A DNA stretch of 62,716 bases, filler included, from 8 parts of 8 records of this genome joined end to end with filler, not necessarily neighbours in it, one strand, 5' to 3'. Counted from the first letter of the whole stretch, positions 47,114 through 58,275 are shown. Numbers and translations are program-made. Notes: generated by a model from the sequence alone, not told the origin.

Positions 47114-47848
47114 TTATTTCAATGCTGCCTTACCGCTATCAGATGTATCAGCAATCTCGAGAATGAGTTTTTTCCTGACCGCTGCGGCGAAGGTATCGGC
47201 ATTATCCGCCGTGATAACAAATGCCCCGTTGCCGCCGATGATTTGCTCTTCGAAGGCTTGCTCCAGATCATAGCTATTGGGTCGGCCGGAGCAATAACGG
47301 CAAAGGACGGCTAGACCGTTGATGGTAATGCCGGCAGCGACAACCTCCTGCCGGGCAAGCTCGATCGGAGGCCCGCTCCAATTGTTGGCGCTATCGGCTG
47401 AAATATCAATAACCCGACGGAAACCCCAGAAATTATTATTTTCAATAAGGCTTTTCCCGAATAGTAGCGCGGTACCGATGGCGTTGAAACCTTGCGCTCT
47501 TCTGGGACGTTGTCGTAGTTCCCCCGCAAACTTCTGGGCGCTTTCCAGGCTGTCGATAATTTGCCATCCCACCACAATATCCTGTGAATTAGAATCTCCC
47601 CATTCTACGTAAGTGACAGCGATCCTTTCATAAATAGTTGTTTGGATTGCCGAAATGACGTTTGGGTCGGTGATGGCCTTGGCATAGCCTTCCCGTTGAA
47701 ATAAAATTTCAGCATCATCGATAGAGCCAGTCGCGTCGGCCAGCAGCACGAGTTCAAGCCCGACCTTTGTTTCTTCCTGCGCTGTGCTCGACAAGCTCCA
47801 GAAGGTCATCAGTATTATCAGGATTGCGCCTAGTGTATGGCGGAGCAT
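47114..47848 (-). CDS. DUF1194 (VWA-like) exported protein
   Basis: Signal peptide, LVLLADATGSID..E..QR.GY, RVIDIS, INGL, KL..EIA. Confidence 0.88.
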   Translation of the reverse strand: MLRHTLGAILIILMTFWSLSSTAQEETKVGLELVLLADATGSIDDAEILFQREGYAKAITDPNVISAIQTTIYERIAVTYVEWGDSNSQDIVVGWQIIDSLESAQKFAGELRQRPRRAQGFNAIGTALLFGKSLIENNNFWGFRRVIDISADSANNWSGPPIELARQEVVAAGITINGLAVLCRYCSGRPNSYDLEQAFEEQIIGGNGAFVITADNADTFAAAVRKKLILEIADTSDSGKAALK

Positions 47849-48010
47849 CTCTTGTCCTCACACCGGTAACATAAGGAAGATATAATTTGTTAATTTTAGG
47901 GGTGGGTCAAGTGCCAAAGCCAGCGCAATCTTCGGCAGGCACCGTGCCATTACCAATGATCAAAAGAAATTGATCTGAGAAGTAAAAAATATTGCGTCGC
48001 CTTGACATTA

Positions 48011-48027
48011 TTTAGAATAATTCTAAC
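48011..48027 (+). promoter_or_regulatory. Irr iron control element (ICE)-like site
   Basis: TTTAGAA-TAA-TTCTAAC versus consensus TTTAGAA-N3-TTCTAAA, directly after a TTGACA at 48002-48007. Confidence 0.7.
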
Positions 48028-48078
48028 TAACAATATACCTTATTAATACCACACAAGAGACTTCTTTGGAGAGATATC

Positions 48079-49551
48079 ATGTCAAAGCGCAAAACCATGA
48101 CGACAACGGCCGGGGCTCCGATCAGTGACAACCAAAATTCCCTCACAGCAGGTGCGCGCGGCCCTCTCCTTATGCAGGATTATCAACTGCTTGAAAAGCT
48201 TGCCCATCAGAACAGGGAGCGTATTCCTGAGCGTGTTGTGCATGCCAAGGGTTGGGGCGCCCATGGCACATTTACGGTTACCCATGACATCAGAAAATAT
48301 ACCCGGGCGAAGATCTTTTCCGAAATTGGCAAGGAAACCCCGATGATCGCCAGATTCTCAACCGTTGCCGGAGAGCAGGGCGCGGCGGATGCTGAGAGGG
48401 ATGTGCGGGGATTTGCGCTTAAATTCTACACTGAGGAAGGGAACTGGGATTTGGTTGGCAATAATACGCCTGTTTTCTTCGTGCGTGATCCGCTGAAGTT
48501 CCCCGATTTCATTCATACGCAAAAACGCCATCCGCGGACGAACTTGCGGTCCCCAACCGCGATGTGGGATTTCTGGTCCCTATCGCCCGAAAGCCTGCAT
48601 CAGGTGACGATCCTGATGTCCGATCGCGGGTTGCCTGTGGCGCCGATGTATATGAATGGCTATGGATCGCATACCTACAGCTTCTGGAATGAAGACGGAG
48701 AGCGGTTCTGGATCAAGTTCCACTTCAAAACGAAACAGGGACATAAACATTATACAAATGAAGAGGCCGCAAAGATTGTCGGCGAGTCCCGTGAGACTTA
48801 TCAGGAAGAGTTGTTCGGCACAATCGAGCGTGGAGAGTTTCCGAAATGGACAGTATTTGTGCAGGTAATGCCGGAAACGGACGCCGAGAAGACGCCCTAC
48901 AACCCCTTTGACCTGACCAAGGTCTGGCCGCATGGGGATTATCCGTTGATCGAAGTTGGTGAAATGGAACTCAACCGCAATGCGGACAATTATTTCGCAG
49001 AAATAGAGCAGGCTGCCTTCAGCCCGTCCAACGTTGTGCGCGGGATTGGGGTTAGCCCCGATAAAATGCTGCAGGCGCGCATCTTCTCCTATGCGGATGC
49101 CCACCGTCATCGTCTCGGCACACATTATGAGGCGTTGCCGATCAATGCACCGAAATTTGCTGCCGTGAATCATTACCATAAGGATGGGGCGATGCGGTTT
49201 TTCCAGAATGATACCGGCAATCCGGATGCGTATTACGAGCCCAACTCGATGAGTGGTCCGGTGGAAGATGAGAGCTATCGCGAGCCGCCATATCGAGTTT
49301 CCGGCGACGCGGATAGGTATGATCACCGGGAAGGCAACGATGATTACGCGCAGCCGCGGGCTCTCTTTAACCTGTTCGATGCGGGGGAAAAGGATCGGCT
49401 CTTCTCCAACATCGCCGCCGCAATGCAGGGTGTGCCGGAGGAAATCGTCCAGCGACAGCTCGGTCATTTCTATAAAGCTGACCCGGCCTACGCGGAAGGC
49501 GTTGCCGCTAAGCTCGGTACCACTGTATCGGAGAGCGCCAAAGCCGCATAA
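48079..49551 (+). CDS. katA: Monofunctional small-subunit heme catalase
   Basis: [26 protein letters not shown], proximal RIFSYADAH. Confidence 0.97.
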   Translation: MSKRKTMTTTAGAPISDNQNSLTAGARGPLLMQDYQLLEKLAHQNRERIPERVVHAKGWGAHGTFTVTHDIRKYTRAKIFSEIGKETPMIARFSTVAGEQGAADAERDVRGFALKFYTEEGNWDLVGNNTPVFFVRDPLKFPDFIHTQKRHPRTNLRSPTAMWDFWSLSPESLHQVTILMSDRGLPVAPMYMNGYGSHTYSFWNEDGERFWIKFHFKTKQGHKHYTNEEAAKIVGESRETYQEELFGTIERGEFPKWTVFVQVMPETDAEKTPYNPFDLTKVWPHGDYPLIEVGEMELNRNADNYFAEIEQAAFSPSNVVRGIGVSPDKMLQARIFSYADAHRHRLGTHYEALPINAPKFAAVNHYHKDGAMRFFQNDTGNPDAYYEPNSMSGPVEDESYREPPYRVSGDADRYDHREGNDDYAQPRALFNLFDAGEKDRLFSNIAAAMQGVPEEIVQRQLGHFYKADPAYAEGVAAKLGTTVSESAKAA

Positions 49552-49565
49552 ATGATGCCCAAGAG

Positions 49566-49602
49566 AAAAGCCCCTTGAAAGAAATATTCAAGGGGCTTTT
49601 TT
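49566..49602. terminator. Bidirectional Rho-independent terminator
   Basis: AAAAGCCCCTTGAA...TTCAAGGGGCTTTTTT. Confidence 0.9.
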
Positions 49603-49626
49603 GCTGTGACTACCGAACATTTCTAT

Positions 49627-50580
49627 TCAGGAAAGAAACAGTCGATCCGTTGCGAGCTTTTTCCAGGCATTGACATCGGGCGGTCCCACGGCTCGGATTT
49701 TAAGATCGCGGATGCCCCGGCCGATCCAGCTTTGCATATTTTGTAGATGGCTGAGCGGAGCGTTGGCAAAGCGGATGGTTCGCTCGACCTTTCGCTCTCT
49801 TCTTGCCTGATAGGTTATCAGCGCTTGTTCGACATTTTGCATTGCCAAAGCATCGGCAAGGCAGCGGCTATCGGCAAGCGCCATCGCGGTGCCCTGCTGA
49901 ATCAAGGGGGAGCATCCGTTGGCGGCGTCGCCGACGAACGCAACACGCCGGTCAAAGAAGCAGGGCTTAACAACCGATTTCAAGCGGCTTGTCAGAATTT
50001 CAACGTCGTCGATCTGGGATAGAATATACGGGATCGGACCGCTGTAACCTGAAAAAACCTTCTTGATATTCTCCCGTGCATTTTCGCCTAGAGTGATGTC
50101 ATTCAGATCCTCATACACATGACCATAGCAATAGAGCGCATCATCGCTGAGAGGATAGATCGTGAGAAGGTCTGTCTGGCCGATCATATGCAGCGGTTGC
50201 AACGTGTGCTCAGGGTAGGGAACAACGAACCGCCAGCCGATGACATTATGATCGGTGAGCATTTCCTGCCCCTCGTAATTTTTCTGGCGGACAAGGGAGT
50301 TAATTCCATCCGCTGCAATCAAAAGGTCATAGGCTCCGTTAAGAAGTTCGTTCGTGCAGGTGATATTGACAGCGTCATCGCTATGTTCCACAGTCAATAT
50401 TTCCGTGTTGTATCGGACTTTTCTCTCAAGCCCCTCGAGTAGGGCGCTGTCAAGGTCCTTCCGTTTGAGTGCGATGAACTGATCATTCTCGAACGGCGGT
50501 TCCGTCAAGCTTGCTACCTTGATCATCTTGCCGGTTACTTTGCTGTAGGTGATTGTTGAGGCTTGGAAATATTGGCCTGC
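49627..50580 (-). CDS. FAD-dependent monooxygenase (5' truncated)
   Basis: DLLIAADGINSLVR and VGDAA..CSP..QG..MA motifs. Confidence 0.88.
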   Translation of the reverse strand, partial: AGQYFQASTITYSKVTGKMIKVASLTEPPFENDQFIALKRKDLDSALLEGLERKVRYNTEILTVEHSDDAVNITCTNELLNGAYDLLIAADGINSLVRQKNYEGQEMLTDHNVIGWRFVVPYPEHTLQPLHMIGQTDLLTIYPLSDDALYCYGHVYEDLNDITLGENARENIKKVFSGYSGPIPYILSQIDDVEILTSRLKSVVKPCFFDRRVAFVGDAANGCSPLIQQGTAMALADSRCLADALAMQNVEQALITYQARRERKVERTIRFANAPLSHLQNMQSWIGRGIRDLKIRAVGPPDVNAWKKLATDRLFLS

Positions 50581-50581
50581 A

Positions 50582-50681
50582 NNNNNNNNNNNNNNNNNNN
50601 NNNNNNNNNNNNNNNNNNNNNNNNNTTAATTAATTAANNNNNNNNNNNNNNNNNNNNNNNNNNNNNNNNNNNNNNNNNNNN
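50582..50681. other. Artificial contig linker 6
   Basis: N-run + TTAATTAATTAA + N-run. Confidence 0.99.
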
Positions 50682-51323
50682 ACCCGGATGGGTCCTGGCT
50701 TTTCGTATGCCCGGGAAAGTGTGGCCAGTCTGTTTTACCGCAAGCGAGCAGGTTGGGATCCACAAGCCCATGCTGTGGAGCGTCTTCGCGAGTTGGCTGC
50801 AGACCTGCTGAATTATCGCTTGACCGGTAAGCCTGTGTTTTACGACATTCATCCCCGGAAGGTATTGGCAGCTATTCCTCGGGGTACCGAGATCTGGTTT
50901 TTGCATGCCACGGCGCGCGATGAAAAAAAATGGCCCGTGGTTAAATGGCGTGAACTTGCACACCGGTTTTCTGATCTGGGTTATGCGGTCAAGCTGCCTT
51001 GGGGTAGTGAAGCCGAGCGCGTGCAGGCGCAGCGTATCGCTGAAGGTATTGCACATGTTGAAGTGTTGCCCGGTATGCCCTTGGGGGCGTTGCGGATTCG
51101 AATGGAAGACGCTGGTTTGGTAATTGGTGTGGACACGGGTATAACGCATTTGGCCGCGGCGCATTATTTACCCATGGTCGCATTGTTTTTTGCTACCCCG
51201 GCCTGGCGTTTTGCGCCACGGTTTAACCCCCATGCCATCAGCCTGGGTGATGTGGGGCAGGAACCTGCGGTGGGTGAGGTCTTTGAGGCGGCAACGCGTT
51301 TGCTGCGGGGTAATAAACTTTGA
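50682..51323 (+). CDS. waaC: LPS heptosyltransferase I (5' truncated)
   Basis: ARE..AS.FY, HAVER.R.L, K.WP, LPWG...E, GVDTG..HLAAA; upstream of waaA. Confidence 0.88.
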   Translation, partial: TRMGPGFSYARESVASLFYRKRAGWDPQAHAVERLRELAADLLNYRLTGKPVFYDIHPRKVLAAIPRGTEIWFLHATARDEKKWPVVKWRELAHRFSDLGYAVKLPWGSEAERVQAQRIAEGIAHVEVLPGMPLGALRIRMEDAGLVIGVDTGITHLAAAHYLPMVALFFATPAWRFAPRFNPHAISLGDVGQEPAVGEVFEAATRLLRGNKL

Positions 51324-52654
51324 GTGCAGCTGGTCGATTGTTTTTATGGCTTTACAGCCTTGTGCTGTTTTTGCTGCAGCCCGTGTTGGCTTTGTATTTG
51401 CTGAAACGAAGCATTCGCCAACCCGAATACCGGGCAGGCTGGGGGCAACGTTTTTTTGCAGCATTGCCAGAATTTGCAGCCGTGCCCAATGGGCAGCAGC
51501 GTATTTGGGTTCACGCGGTGTCGGTCGGCGAAGCGCACGCAGTGTCGCCGTTGGTGCAACATTGGGCCAAAGTGTACCCCTGGCATGAATGGGCGATTTC
51601 ATGCACAACCCCCACGGGCATGGACACCTGCGAACAACTGTATGCAGGCTTGAACGGTGTGCGGTTTTTTTATCTTCCCTACGATTTGCCTTATTTGGTT
51701 GCACGCACAGTAAAGCAAGTGCACGCGCAAGCGCTGTGGGTGGTTGAAACCGAATTGTGGCCAAACTTGCTGCTTGGGGCCGCCAAGGCAGGTGTTCACA
51801 CCGCCTTGTTGAATGCACGGGTTTCGCCTACAACTGGCAAGCGTTTGGCACAATTCGGGCTTGTCAGCAAACCGGTGTTGCAAAGCCTCGGTACGTTGAT
51901 CAGCCAAACCCGGGCCGATGCAGATGTATTTGAAAGCCTTGGTCGACCCGTGAATGCGGTGTGTGGAAATTTGAAATTTGATGTGGCCCTGAAGCCAGAA
52001 CTGGCCACCTTGGGACGAACCTGGCGAGAGGCCACACAGGCCGAGCAAATATTGCTTTTCGCCAGCAGCAGGGAAGGCGAAGAAGCGTTGTTGCTCGATG
52101 CGCTGAACCGGTGCCAGTTTTTCAAACGCATGCCCAAGGCCAGTGTGTGGGTTGTGCCCCGCCATCCCCAGCGTTTTGATGAGGTGTTTGAACAAATGGC
52201 TGATGCGGCAACGCGTATGGGCGTTGCTCGCCCGGTGCGTCGAAGTGCGTCATTCAATGCGGGAAACAATATTGCGTTGGCCGGTTTTAGCCAGGCCCGT
52301 TTGGTGCTGGGCGATTCTATGGGTGAAATGCCTGCTTATTACAGTGTGGCGGATCTCGCTTTGCTGGGTGGTTCGTGGTTGCCGTTTGGCGGGCAAAACC
52401 TGATTGAGGCATGTGCGTATGGCTGCCCGGTCTGGATGGGGCCCAACACGTTCAACTTCGCGAAGGCTGCCGATGATGCGTTGGCCGCGGGTGCGGCCCG
52501 CCGGTTTGACCATTTGCTGGCGGCCTGCGAGTACTATCTGACAGAATTTCAGAGCAATGAGCAGGCCAGAAAGGCTGCGTTTGCTTATGCACGTGGGCAT
52601 CGCGGTGCCACGCAGCGCAGCTTTGATGTGCTTAATCGGCCAGCAGGCTGTTGA
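51320..52654 (+). CDS. waaA: Kdo transferase
   Basis: WVHAVSVGE, ETELWPN, GNLKFD, VPRHPQRF, DSMGEM, GGQNLIEA. Confidence 0.96.
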   Translation: MSAAGRLFLWLYSLVLFLLQPVLALYLLKRSIRQPEYRAGWGQRFFAALPEFAAVPNGQQRIWVHAVSVGEAHAVSPLVQHWAKVYPWHEWAISCTTPTGMDTCEQLYAGLNGVRFFYLPYDLPYLVARTVKQVHAQALWVVETELWPNLLLGAAKAGVHTALLNARVSPTTGKRLAQFGLVSKPVLQSLGTLISQTRADADVFESLGRPVNAVCGNLKFDVALKPELATLGRTWREATQAEQILLFASSREGEEALLLDALNRCQFFKRMPKASVWVVPRHPQRFDEVFEQMADAATRMGVARPVRRSASFNAGNNIALAGFSQARLVLGDSMGEMPAYYSVADLALLGGSWLPFGGQNLIEACAYGCPVWMGPNTFNFAKAADDALAAGAARRFDHLLAACEYYLTEFQSNEQARKAAFAYARGHRGATQRSFDVLNRPAGC

Positions 52655-53999
52655 TCTGCTGAAGGGCTGCGGCATTCAGTTGGCCGGTTGCAGCCTGCAA
52701 TTCCAGCATGTTGATCAGGCTGGTGTATTTTGCTTTGGACAAATCGCGTTGTGCGGCATTGAATTGTTGTTGGGCATTCAGCACATCGACATTGATGCGA
52801 ATGCCTACATCGTAAGCCGTTTTATTGGATTGCAGGGCCAATGCACTTGAAGCAACTGCGGTTTCAAGGGCCTTCACCTGGGCCAAACCGGTTTGTACCT
52901 GCAGGAATGTGGCCTTGGCGGTTTGGGTGGCGTTTTGTTTGGCCAGGTTCACGTTATTCAATGCTTTTTCAAGCAACGCCGCCTGCTGGCGAACTTTGCT
53001 TTGGGTGGCACCACCGCTGAAAATGGGCAGGTTCATCACCAAGCCGATCGTGGTGCTGTCCACGCCAATGTCGAAGGGTCGCCCGCTGTTCCCATCGAAT
53101 ATTTGCTGTTCGGTTTCCACCACTTGTGCCGTTAGGTCGAGTGTGGGCAGGTGTCCATACTGTGCTTTCTTGACTTCACCTTTCGCAATCAATTGGGCCA
53201 ATTGTGCCTGCTGGGCCAGCACGTTGTTGTTTCGCGCTTGTTCGGCCCATGCGTCGGGTGTATTGGGGGTGGGGGCGTTTAGTTGCGTGGCAGCTGGCAA
53301 TGCCGACAATTTGTCTATCGGCGTGCCCACGATGGTTTCCAGTTGTAGCAAGCGCACTGCCAGCTGGTTTTCTGCCGCCAGTTCCTGTGCCACGATCAAA
53401 TCATGACGGGCTTGTGCTTCTTGCTGGTCGGTGATGGTGGCGCTACCCACTTCGAAGTTGGCTTTCGCAAATGCCAGCTGTTCTGAAATGGCTTTTTTCA
53501 GGTCGCGGAAATTCGCCAGCTCGTCTTGAGCGGTCAGCAGGTCGAAATAGGCACGGGACAGCCGAAGGATCAAATCCTGCTCAGCTTGCAGAAAACTGAG
53601 CTTGGCAATTTCGCCACTTAACTGGCTTTGTTGGTAGCTTTCCCAGGCCTGTGGGCGAAACAGGGCCTGGTTCAATATCAGGCTGTAGGTTCCGGGGTTA
53701 CGGCTGGCATCGATTGACATGCCAAATGCGTCGTAGGTGTTTGTCTGTTTTTCTATGCGGGCTGCCAGGTTGATGCTGGGTAACAGGGCTGCAAACGCCT
53801 GGTTTTCTGTTTCAAGGTCGGCTTTCAGTTGCGATGCGGCAGCAAGATAAGTGGCATCCCTTTGTTTGGCCATTTCATATAGCCCTGCAAGGTTTTGCGA
53901 CAGGCCAAGGGTGTGAACCAGCGCAAGGCCAAGGAACACAAGCAGCCCCTTCAAGCCCGAGGAACCTTGTTGCAAGCTGGATCGATCGGGCTGAATCAT
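52632..53999 (-). CDS. tolC: TolC family outer-membrane protein
   Basis: Signal peptide, ALLP, AYFD, GHLPTLDL, PIFSGG, VG.R...DVLNAQQ. Confidence 0.92.
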   Translation of the reverse strand: MIQPDRSSLQQGSSGLKGLLVFLGLALVHTLGLSQNLAGLYEMAKQRDATYLAAASQLKADLETENQAFAALLPSINLAARIEKQTNTYDAFGMSIDASRNPGTYSLILNQALFRPQAWESYQQSQLSGEIAKLSFLQAEQDLILRLSRAYFDLLTAQDELANFRDLKKAISEQLAFAKANFEVGSATITDQQEAQARHDLIVAQELAAENQLAVRLLQLETIVGTPIDKLSALPAATQLNAPTPNTPDAWAEQARNNNVLAQQAQLAQLIAKGEVKKAQYGHLPTLDLTAQVVETEQQIFDGNSGRPFDIGVDSTTIGLVMNLPIFSGGATQSKVRQQAALLEKALNNVNLAKQNATQTAKATFLQVQTGLAQVKALETAVASSALALQSNKTAYDVGIRINVDVLNAQQQFNAAQRDLSKAKYTSLINMLELQAATGQLNAAALQQINSLLAD

Positions 54000-54012
54000 G
54001 AAGCCATATTCC

Positions 54013-54681
54013 TCAGAATACGAATTCGTTGGCTTTGGGAGCGTTGTTTAACACCTTGGCCATGGTTTCGAACAGTGGGGTGCTAATCAACTGCTTGTCT
54101 TTGGATTTTCGGGCCAGCACCAGCTGCATGGCGGGTGCCTGGCCCACAACGGCCATCAAGCGGCCAAGTGGATTCAGCGCTTCAAGCAAATCTTTGGGCA
54201 TGGTGGGGCTGGCACCTGACAACACAATGGCGTCAAATGGACCCAGGTTTGGGGCCAGTGCAAAACCGCAGCCGTCTATAACCTTCACGCCTGTGATGCC
54301 GTTTTTCTTCAGGTTGCTGCGGGCCATTTCCGCAATCGCCGGGTTGGTTTCAATGGTTGTCACCTGCGCGCATTGCTGGGCCATCAGGGCTGCCATGTAA
54401 CCGGTGCCAGTGCCAATTTCCAGTACTTTGTCGTAGTGGTTCAGCTCCAGTTCCTGGAGTACGCGGGCCTCCATTTTGGGGCTGAACATGGTTTCCCCAG
54501 TGTCTTTGCCATCCACGCGAATAGGCAGCTCGCAATCAGTGAAGGCCAGTTTTTCCAGCCCTGTGCTCACGAAGTTTTCACGTTTGACCACTTCAAGCAA
54601 ATCAAGCACGGTCTGGTTCAACACATTCCAGGGGCGGATTTGCTGTTCAATCATGTTGAAGCGGGCTTTTTCAAAGTCCAT
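54013..54681 (-). CDS. pcm: Protein-L-isoaspartate O-methyltransferase family protein
   Basis: ARFNMIEQQIRPW, VLEIGTGTGYMAAL. Confidence 0.92.
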   Translation of the reverse strand: MDFEKARFNMIEQQIRPWNVLNQTVLDLLEVVKRENFVSTGLEKLAFTDCELPIRVDGKDTGETMFSPKMEARVLQELELNHYDKVLEIGTGTGYMAALMAQQCAQVTTIETNPAIAEMARSNLKKNGITGVKVIDGCGFALAPNLGPFDAIVLSGASPTMPKDLLEALNPLGRLMAVVGQAPAMQLVLARKSKDKQLISTPLFETMAKVLNNAPKANEFVF

Positions 54682-54729
54682 GAGGGTTCTCGCGTGGGGG
54701 AAATAGGTAACTTGCCATTTTAGCAAATT

Positions 54730-55410
54730 TTACGCGTTCCGCACCACGCGCTCGCCAACATGCCCTGCGCCGTGCTGTGGGCAGGTCAGGCCGTTCAATA
54801 CCATTTGAATGTGCGCTTCAATGTAGCGCATGGGGTTGGTTTCAATGCCGCAGCAGCCATCCATAGTTCTTTTCCACAATCCAAGGGTGACCAGCGGTGC
54901 GCACAATACCTGCGCTGCATACTCGGTGTCGATATCGGCAAATTCCCCGCGGGAAATGCCGCGTTTCAGCACGGACTCCAGGTAATCCCACCAAGGGCGA
55001 ACCACCTCTTCGTAGAAAAACCGGGCCAGTTCGGGAAAGGCGTTGGCTTCAGAAAGCACGATTTTGGTGATGCTGCTCAGCTTTGTTGAGCCATATTTAA
55101 GCCACCACAGGTGGATGGCCTCTCGTATCAGGCTGGCCGAGCTTTTCTCGGGCTCCAGCAGGCTTTTGGCTTCTTCCACGATCGGGGACACATGTTCCGT
55201 GACCACGGCTTTCAGTAGTTCTTCCTTGTTGGAGTAATACAGGTAAACCGTGCCTTTGCTGACGCCTGCGCTTTTGGCCACGTCCTCGAGCCGGGCGCCC
55301 GCAAAACCTTTCTCGCTGAAAATGGTCAGGGCTGCATCCAGCAGTTCTTGAGGGCGCTCTTGTTTTCTGCGCGTCCAACGGGGTTGTGCATTCGCCAGAC
55401 ATTGCTTCAT
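54730..55410 (-). CDS. TetR family transcriptional regulator
   Basis: LDAAL..F.EKGF..ARLEDVAK.AGVSKGTVYLYY helix-turn-helix. Confidence 0.93.
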   Translation of the reverse strand: MKQCLANAQPRWTRRKQERPQELLDAALTIFSEKGFAGARLEDVAKSAGVSKGTVYLYYSNKEELLKAVVTEHVSPIVEEAKSLLEPEKSSASLIREAIHLWWLKYGSTKLSSITKIVLSEANAFPELARFFYEEVVRPWWDYLESVLKRGISRGEFADIDTEYAAQVLCAPLVTLGLWKRTMDGCCGIETNPMRYIEAHIQMVLNGLTCPQHGAGHVGERVVRNA

Positions 55411-55553
55411 AGGTGTACTTCTTTTTTTTAGGGTGGTTGATTGCACTATAGTGGTTCATTCTTCACCGAGTCAACGTGCCCCGCCCAATTCCGGGCTGGT
55501 TGGGTTGTAGAATATGTCGGTTTGGTAAATCCTGGAATTTCGGAGAATTCAGC

Positions 55554-56474
55554 ATGTCAATGGCCGATCGCGATGGCTTCATTTGGTTTAACGGCAAACT
55601 TGTGCCGTGGCGTGAAGCGCAAATTCACGTGCTTACCCACAGTTTGCATTATGGTTTGTCGGTGTTCGAAGGCGAACGTGCCTACAAAACTGACAAAGGG
55701 CCTGCTATTTTCAGGCTGAAAGAGCACACGGACCGCCTGTTCAATTCGGCTCATATTTACCGCATGGACATGCCGTACACCCGTGAGCAGATCATGGAAG
55801 CGTGCTGTGAAGTGGTGCGTGCCAACAATCTGGATTCCTGTTATATCCGCCCAATCGCATTTTATGGCTCGGAGAAAATGGGTGTGTCACCCAAGGGTGC
55901 AGCCACCCACGTGGCCATTGCGGCCTGGCCTTGGGGTGCCTACTTGGGCGAAGAAGGTTTGCAAAAAGGCATTCGGGTAAAAACATCATCGTATGCCCGC
56001 CACCATGTGAATGTGACCATGGCGCGCGCCAAGTTTGCTGCCACTTATGCCAACTCCATTCTGGCCAACACGGAAGCGATTCAAGACGGATACGATGAGG
56101 CGCTGCTGCTGGACGTGGATGGTTTTGTGGCCGAAGGCGCGGGCGAAAACGTTTTTGTCATCAAAGACGGTTGCATTTACGAGCCCGAAATTGCATCGGC
56201 CTTGGTGGGTATTACCCGTTCAACCATCATTTCACTGGCCCGTGAAATGGGGATGGAAGTAAAAAGCAAGCGCCTGACCCGCGACGACATTTACATCGCC
56301 GATGAATGTTTCTTCACCGGTACTGCGGCCGAAGTAACACCTGTGCGCGAATTGGACAACCGCACAATCGGCGCGGGCACGCGTGGCCCCATTACGGAAG
56401 AATTGCAGAAGCGCTATTTCGATGTGGTGTACGGTCGAAACAGCAAGTATGAACACTGGTTGACCCGAGTGTAA
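55554..56474 (+). CDS. ilvE: Branched-chain amino acid aminotransferase
   Basis: [33 protein letters not shown]. Confidence 0.97.
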   Translation: MSMADRDGFIWFNGKLVPWREAQIHVLTHSLHYGLSVFEGERAYKTDKGPAIFRLKEHTDRLFNSAHIYRMDMPYTREQIMEACCEVVRANNLDSCYIRPIAFYGSEKMGVSPKGAATHVAIAAWPWGAYLGEEGLQKGIRVKTSSYARHHVNVTMARAKFAATYANSILANTEAIQDGYDEALLLDVDGFVAEGAGENVFVIKDGCIYEPEIASALVGITRSTIISLAREMGMEVKSKRLTRDDIYIADECFFTGTAAEVTPVRELDNRTIGAGTRGPITEELQKRYFDVVYGRNSKYEHWLTRV

Positions 56475-56476
56475 TC

Positions 56477-56680
56477 ATGATCAGCGATAAAAAAGCAAAA
56501 CACGAAACGGTCCAACTTGATGGTGACCAATTGCCTGCGTTTTGTCCCAATCCGGCCATGCCGGTTTGGAACACGCACCCGAAGGTGTATCTGGACGTCA
56601 GCAAAACGGGCAAGGCCGCTTGCCCATACTGTGGCACGGTATACACCTTGAAGCCCGGTGCGAAAGTTCACGCGCATTGA
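56477..56680 (+). CDS. Zinc-finger (zf-CHCC) protein
   Basis: CP....W..HPKVYL....CPYCG. Confidence 0.9.
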   Translation: MISDKKAKHETVQLDGDQLPAFCPNPAMPVWNTHPKVYLDVSKTGKAACPYCGTVYTLKPGAKVHAH

Positions 56681-57714
56681 AGATTCTGATTGTTGCCCCG
56701 AACTGGATTGGCGACGCGGTCATGAGCCTGTCGCTGATTCAAGCCCTTCATCAGGACAACACGCTGCGCGGAGCCGATGGCAAGCCCTGCGAAATTCATG
56801 TGTTGGCCCCACCGGTTACTGCGCCGGTTTACCAGTTCAGCGATTCGGTGCGCGCAGTGCAGGTAGAGCCCTTTGCCCACGGCAAATTACAGTGGGGGTT
56901 GCGGCGACAAGTAGGTGCCTTGCTGGCTGAACGTGCTTTCGATATTGCATTCATGTTGCCCAATTCCTTGAAGTCGGCGCTTGTGCCTTGGTTTGCCCGC
57001 ATTCCAAAACGTGTGGGATACAGCGGTGAATTGCGCTCCGCAGTGCTAACGCACACCTTGCCCAAGCCTGACAAAAAAGCCAAGCCACCCATGATTCAGT
57101 GGTATGGCAATTTGGGTGGTTTCGATGCCGCAGCCTTGCAGAACCCGGTGCTGAATGTCGCGGCAGGTCTTCGGCTGGCGGCATGTGCTGATTTTCAGCT
57201 GCATCCTGGTTTTCTGGCCTTGGCCCCTGGCGCCGAATTTGGGCCTGCCAAGCGCTGGCCCGCTTCACATTTTGCACACGTGGCAACGGAATTCCTGATT
57301 CAAAACCCGATTCAAAATGTGGTGCTGTTTGGTGGCCCCAAAGACCAGGCTTTTTGCGGCGAGATTGTCAGCCTGTTGCCACTGGATCTGCAAGCCCGCG
57401 CGCAAAGCCTGGCTGGCAAAACCAGTTTGGCGCAGGCGGTTGCCTTGATGTCGGCTGCCAGCCAGTTGGTGACCAACGATTCGGGCCTGATGCATGTTGC
57501 TGCTGCGCTGAATGTGCAAGTGCATGCCGTGTTTGGATCCAGCAGCCCGCACCACACTCCACCGTTGAATGCCAAAGCCAAAGTGTATTACCTGAACCTG
57601 GAATGCAGCCCGTGTTTTCAGCGCGAATGCCCGCTGGGGCACACGGATTGTCTGAAAAAGCTGGACCCGAAAATGGTGGTTGATCAGTTGGGGCCCGCTT
57701 CCCAGGGAGTATGA
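56677..57714 (+). CDS. waaF: LPS heptosyltransferase II
   Basis: PNWIGDAVM, PNSLKSA, PGAEFGPAKRWP, NDSGLMH, CSPCFQRECP; TTG start. Confidence 0.95.
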   Translation: MKILIVAPNWIGDAVMSLSLIQALHQDNTLRGADGKPCEIHVLAPPVTAPVYQFSDSVRAVQVEPFAHGKLQWGLRRQVGALLAERAFDIAFMLPNSLKSALVPWFARIPKRVGYSGELRSAVLTHTLPKPDKKAKPPMIQWYGNLGGFDAAALQNPVLNVAAGLRLAACADFQLHPGFLALAPGAEFGPAKRWPASHFAHVATEFLIQNPIQNVVLFGGPKDQAFCGEIVSLLPLDLQARAQSLAGKTSLAQAVALMSAASQLVTNDSGLMHVAAALNVQVHAVFGSSSPHHTPPLNAKAKVYYLNLECSPCFQRECPLGHTDCLKKLDPKMVVDQLGPASQGV

Positions 57715-57750
57715 TCTTACAAGCCCACAACAACGCACTCTGGCCTTACC

Positions 57751-58275
57751 ATGCGTGATTACATTCTGACCATTTCTTGCCCCGACACCACGGGCATTGT
57801 TTACAGTGTCAGCAAATTTTTGTTTGACCAGCAATGCAATATTCTGGATTCCGCCCAGTTTGGCGATGAATCAACGAACCTGTTTTTTCTGCGCGTTCAC
57901 TTTTCCTTGCCGGCGGACTGCAAGTTGAATGAAGTCGATTTGCAGGCCAATTTTGCGTCGGTTGCAGCGCCATTTGGCATGAAGTACCAGTTTTTCGATG
58001 CCCACGTTAAGCCGCGTGTGTTGTTGATGGTGTCCAAATTCGGGCATTGCTTGAACGACCTGCTGTTTCGCTGGAAAAGTGGTCAATTGCCGTGTGAAAT
58101 TCCGGCCATTGTGTCGAATCACCAAGACTATGCTTTGCTGGCCGCTTCGTATGGCGTACCGTTTTATCACCTGCCTGTGCGCGGAGATGCCAAGGAATTG
58201 CAGGAAACACAAATTCGTCAAATTATTGAACGCGAGAAAATCGACCTGATGGTGCTGGCAAGGTATATGCAAATT
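57751..58275 (+). CDS. purU: Formyltetrahydrofolate deformylase (3' truncated)
   Basis: ACT domain SCPD..GIV, VSK..HCL.DLL, SNH, LARYMQI. Confidence 0.95.
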
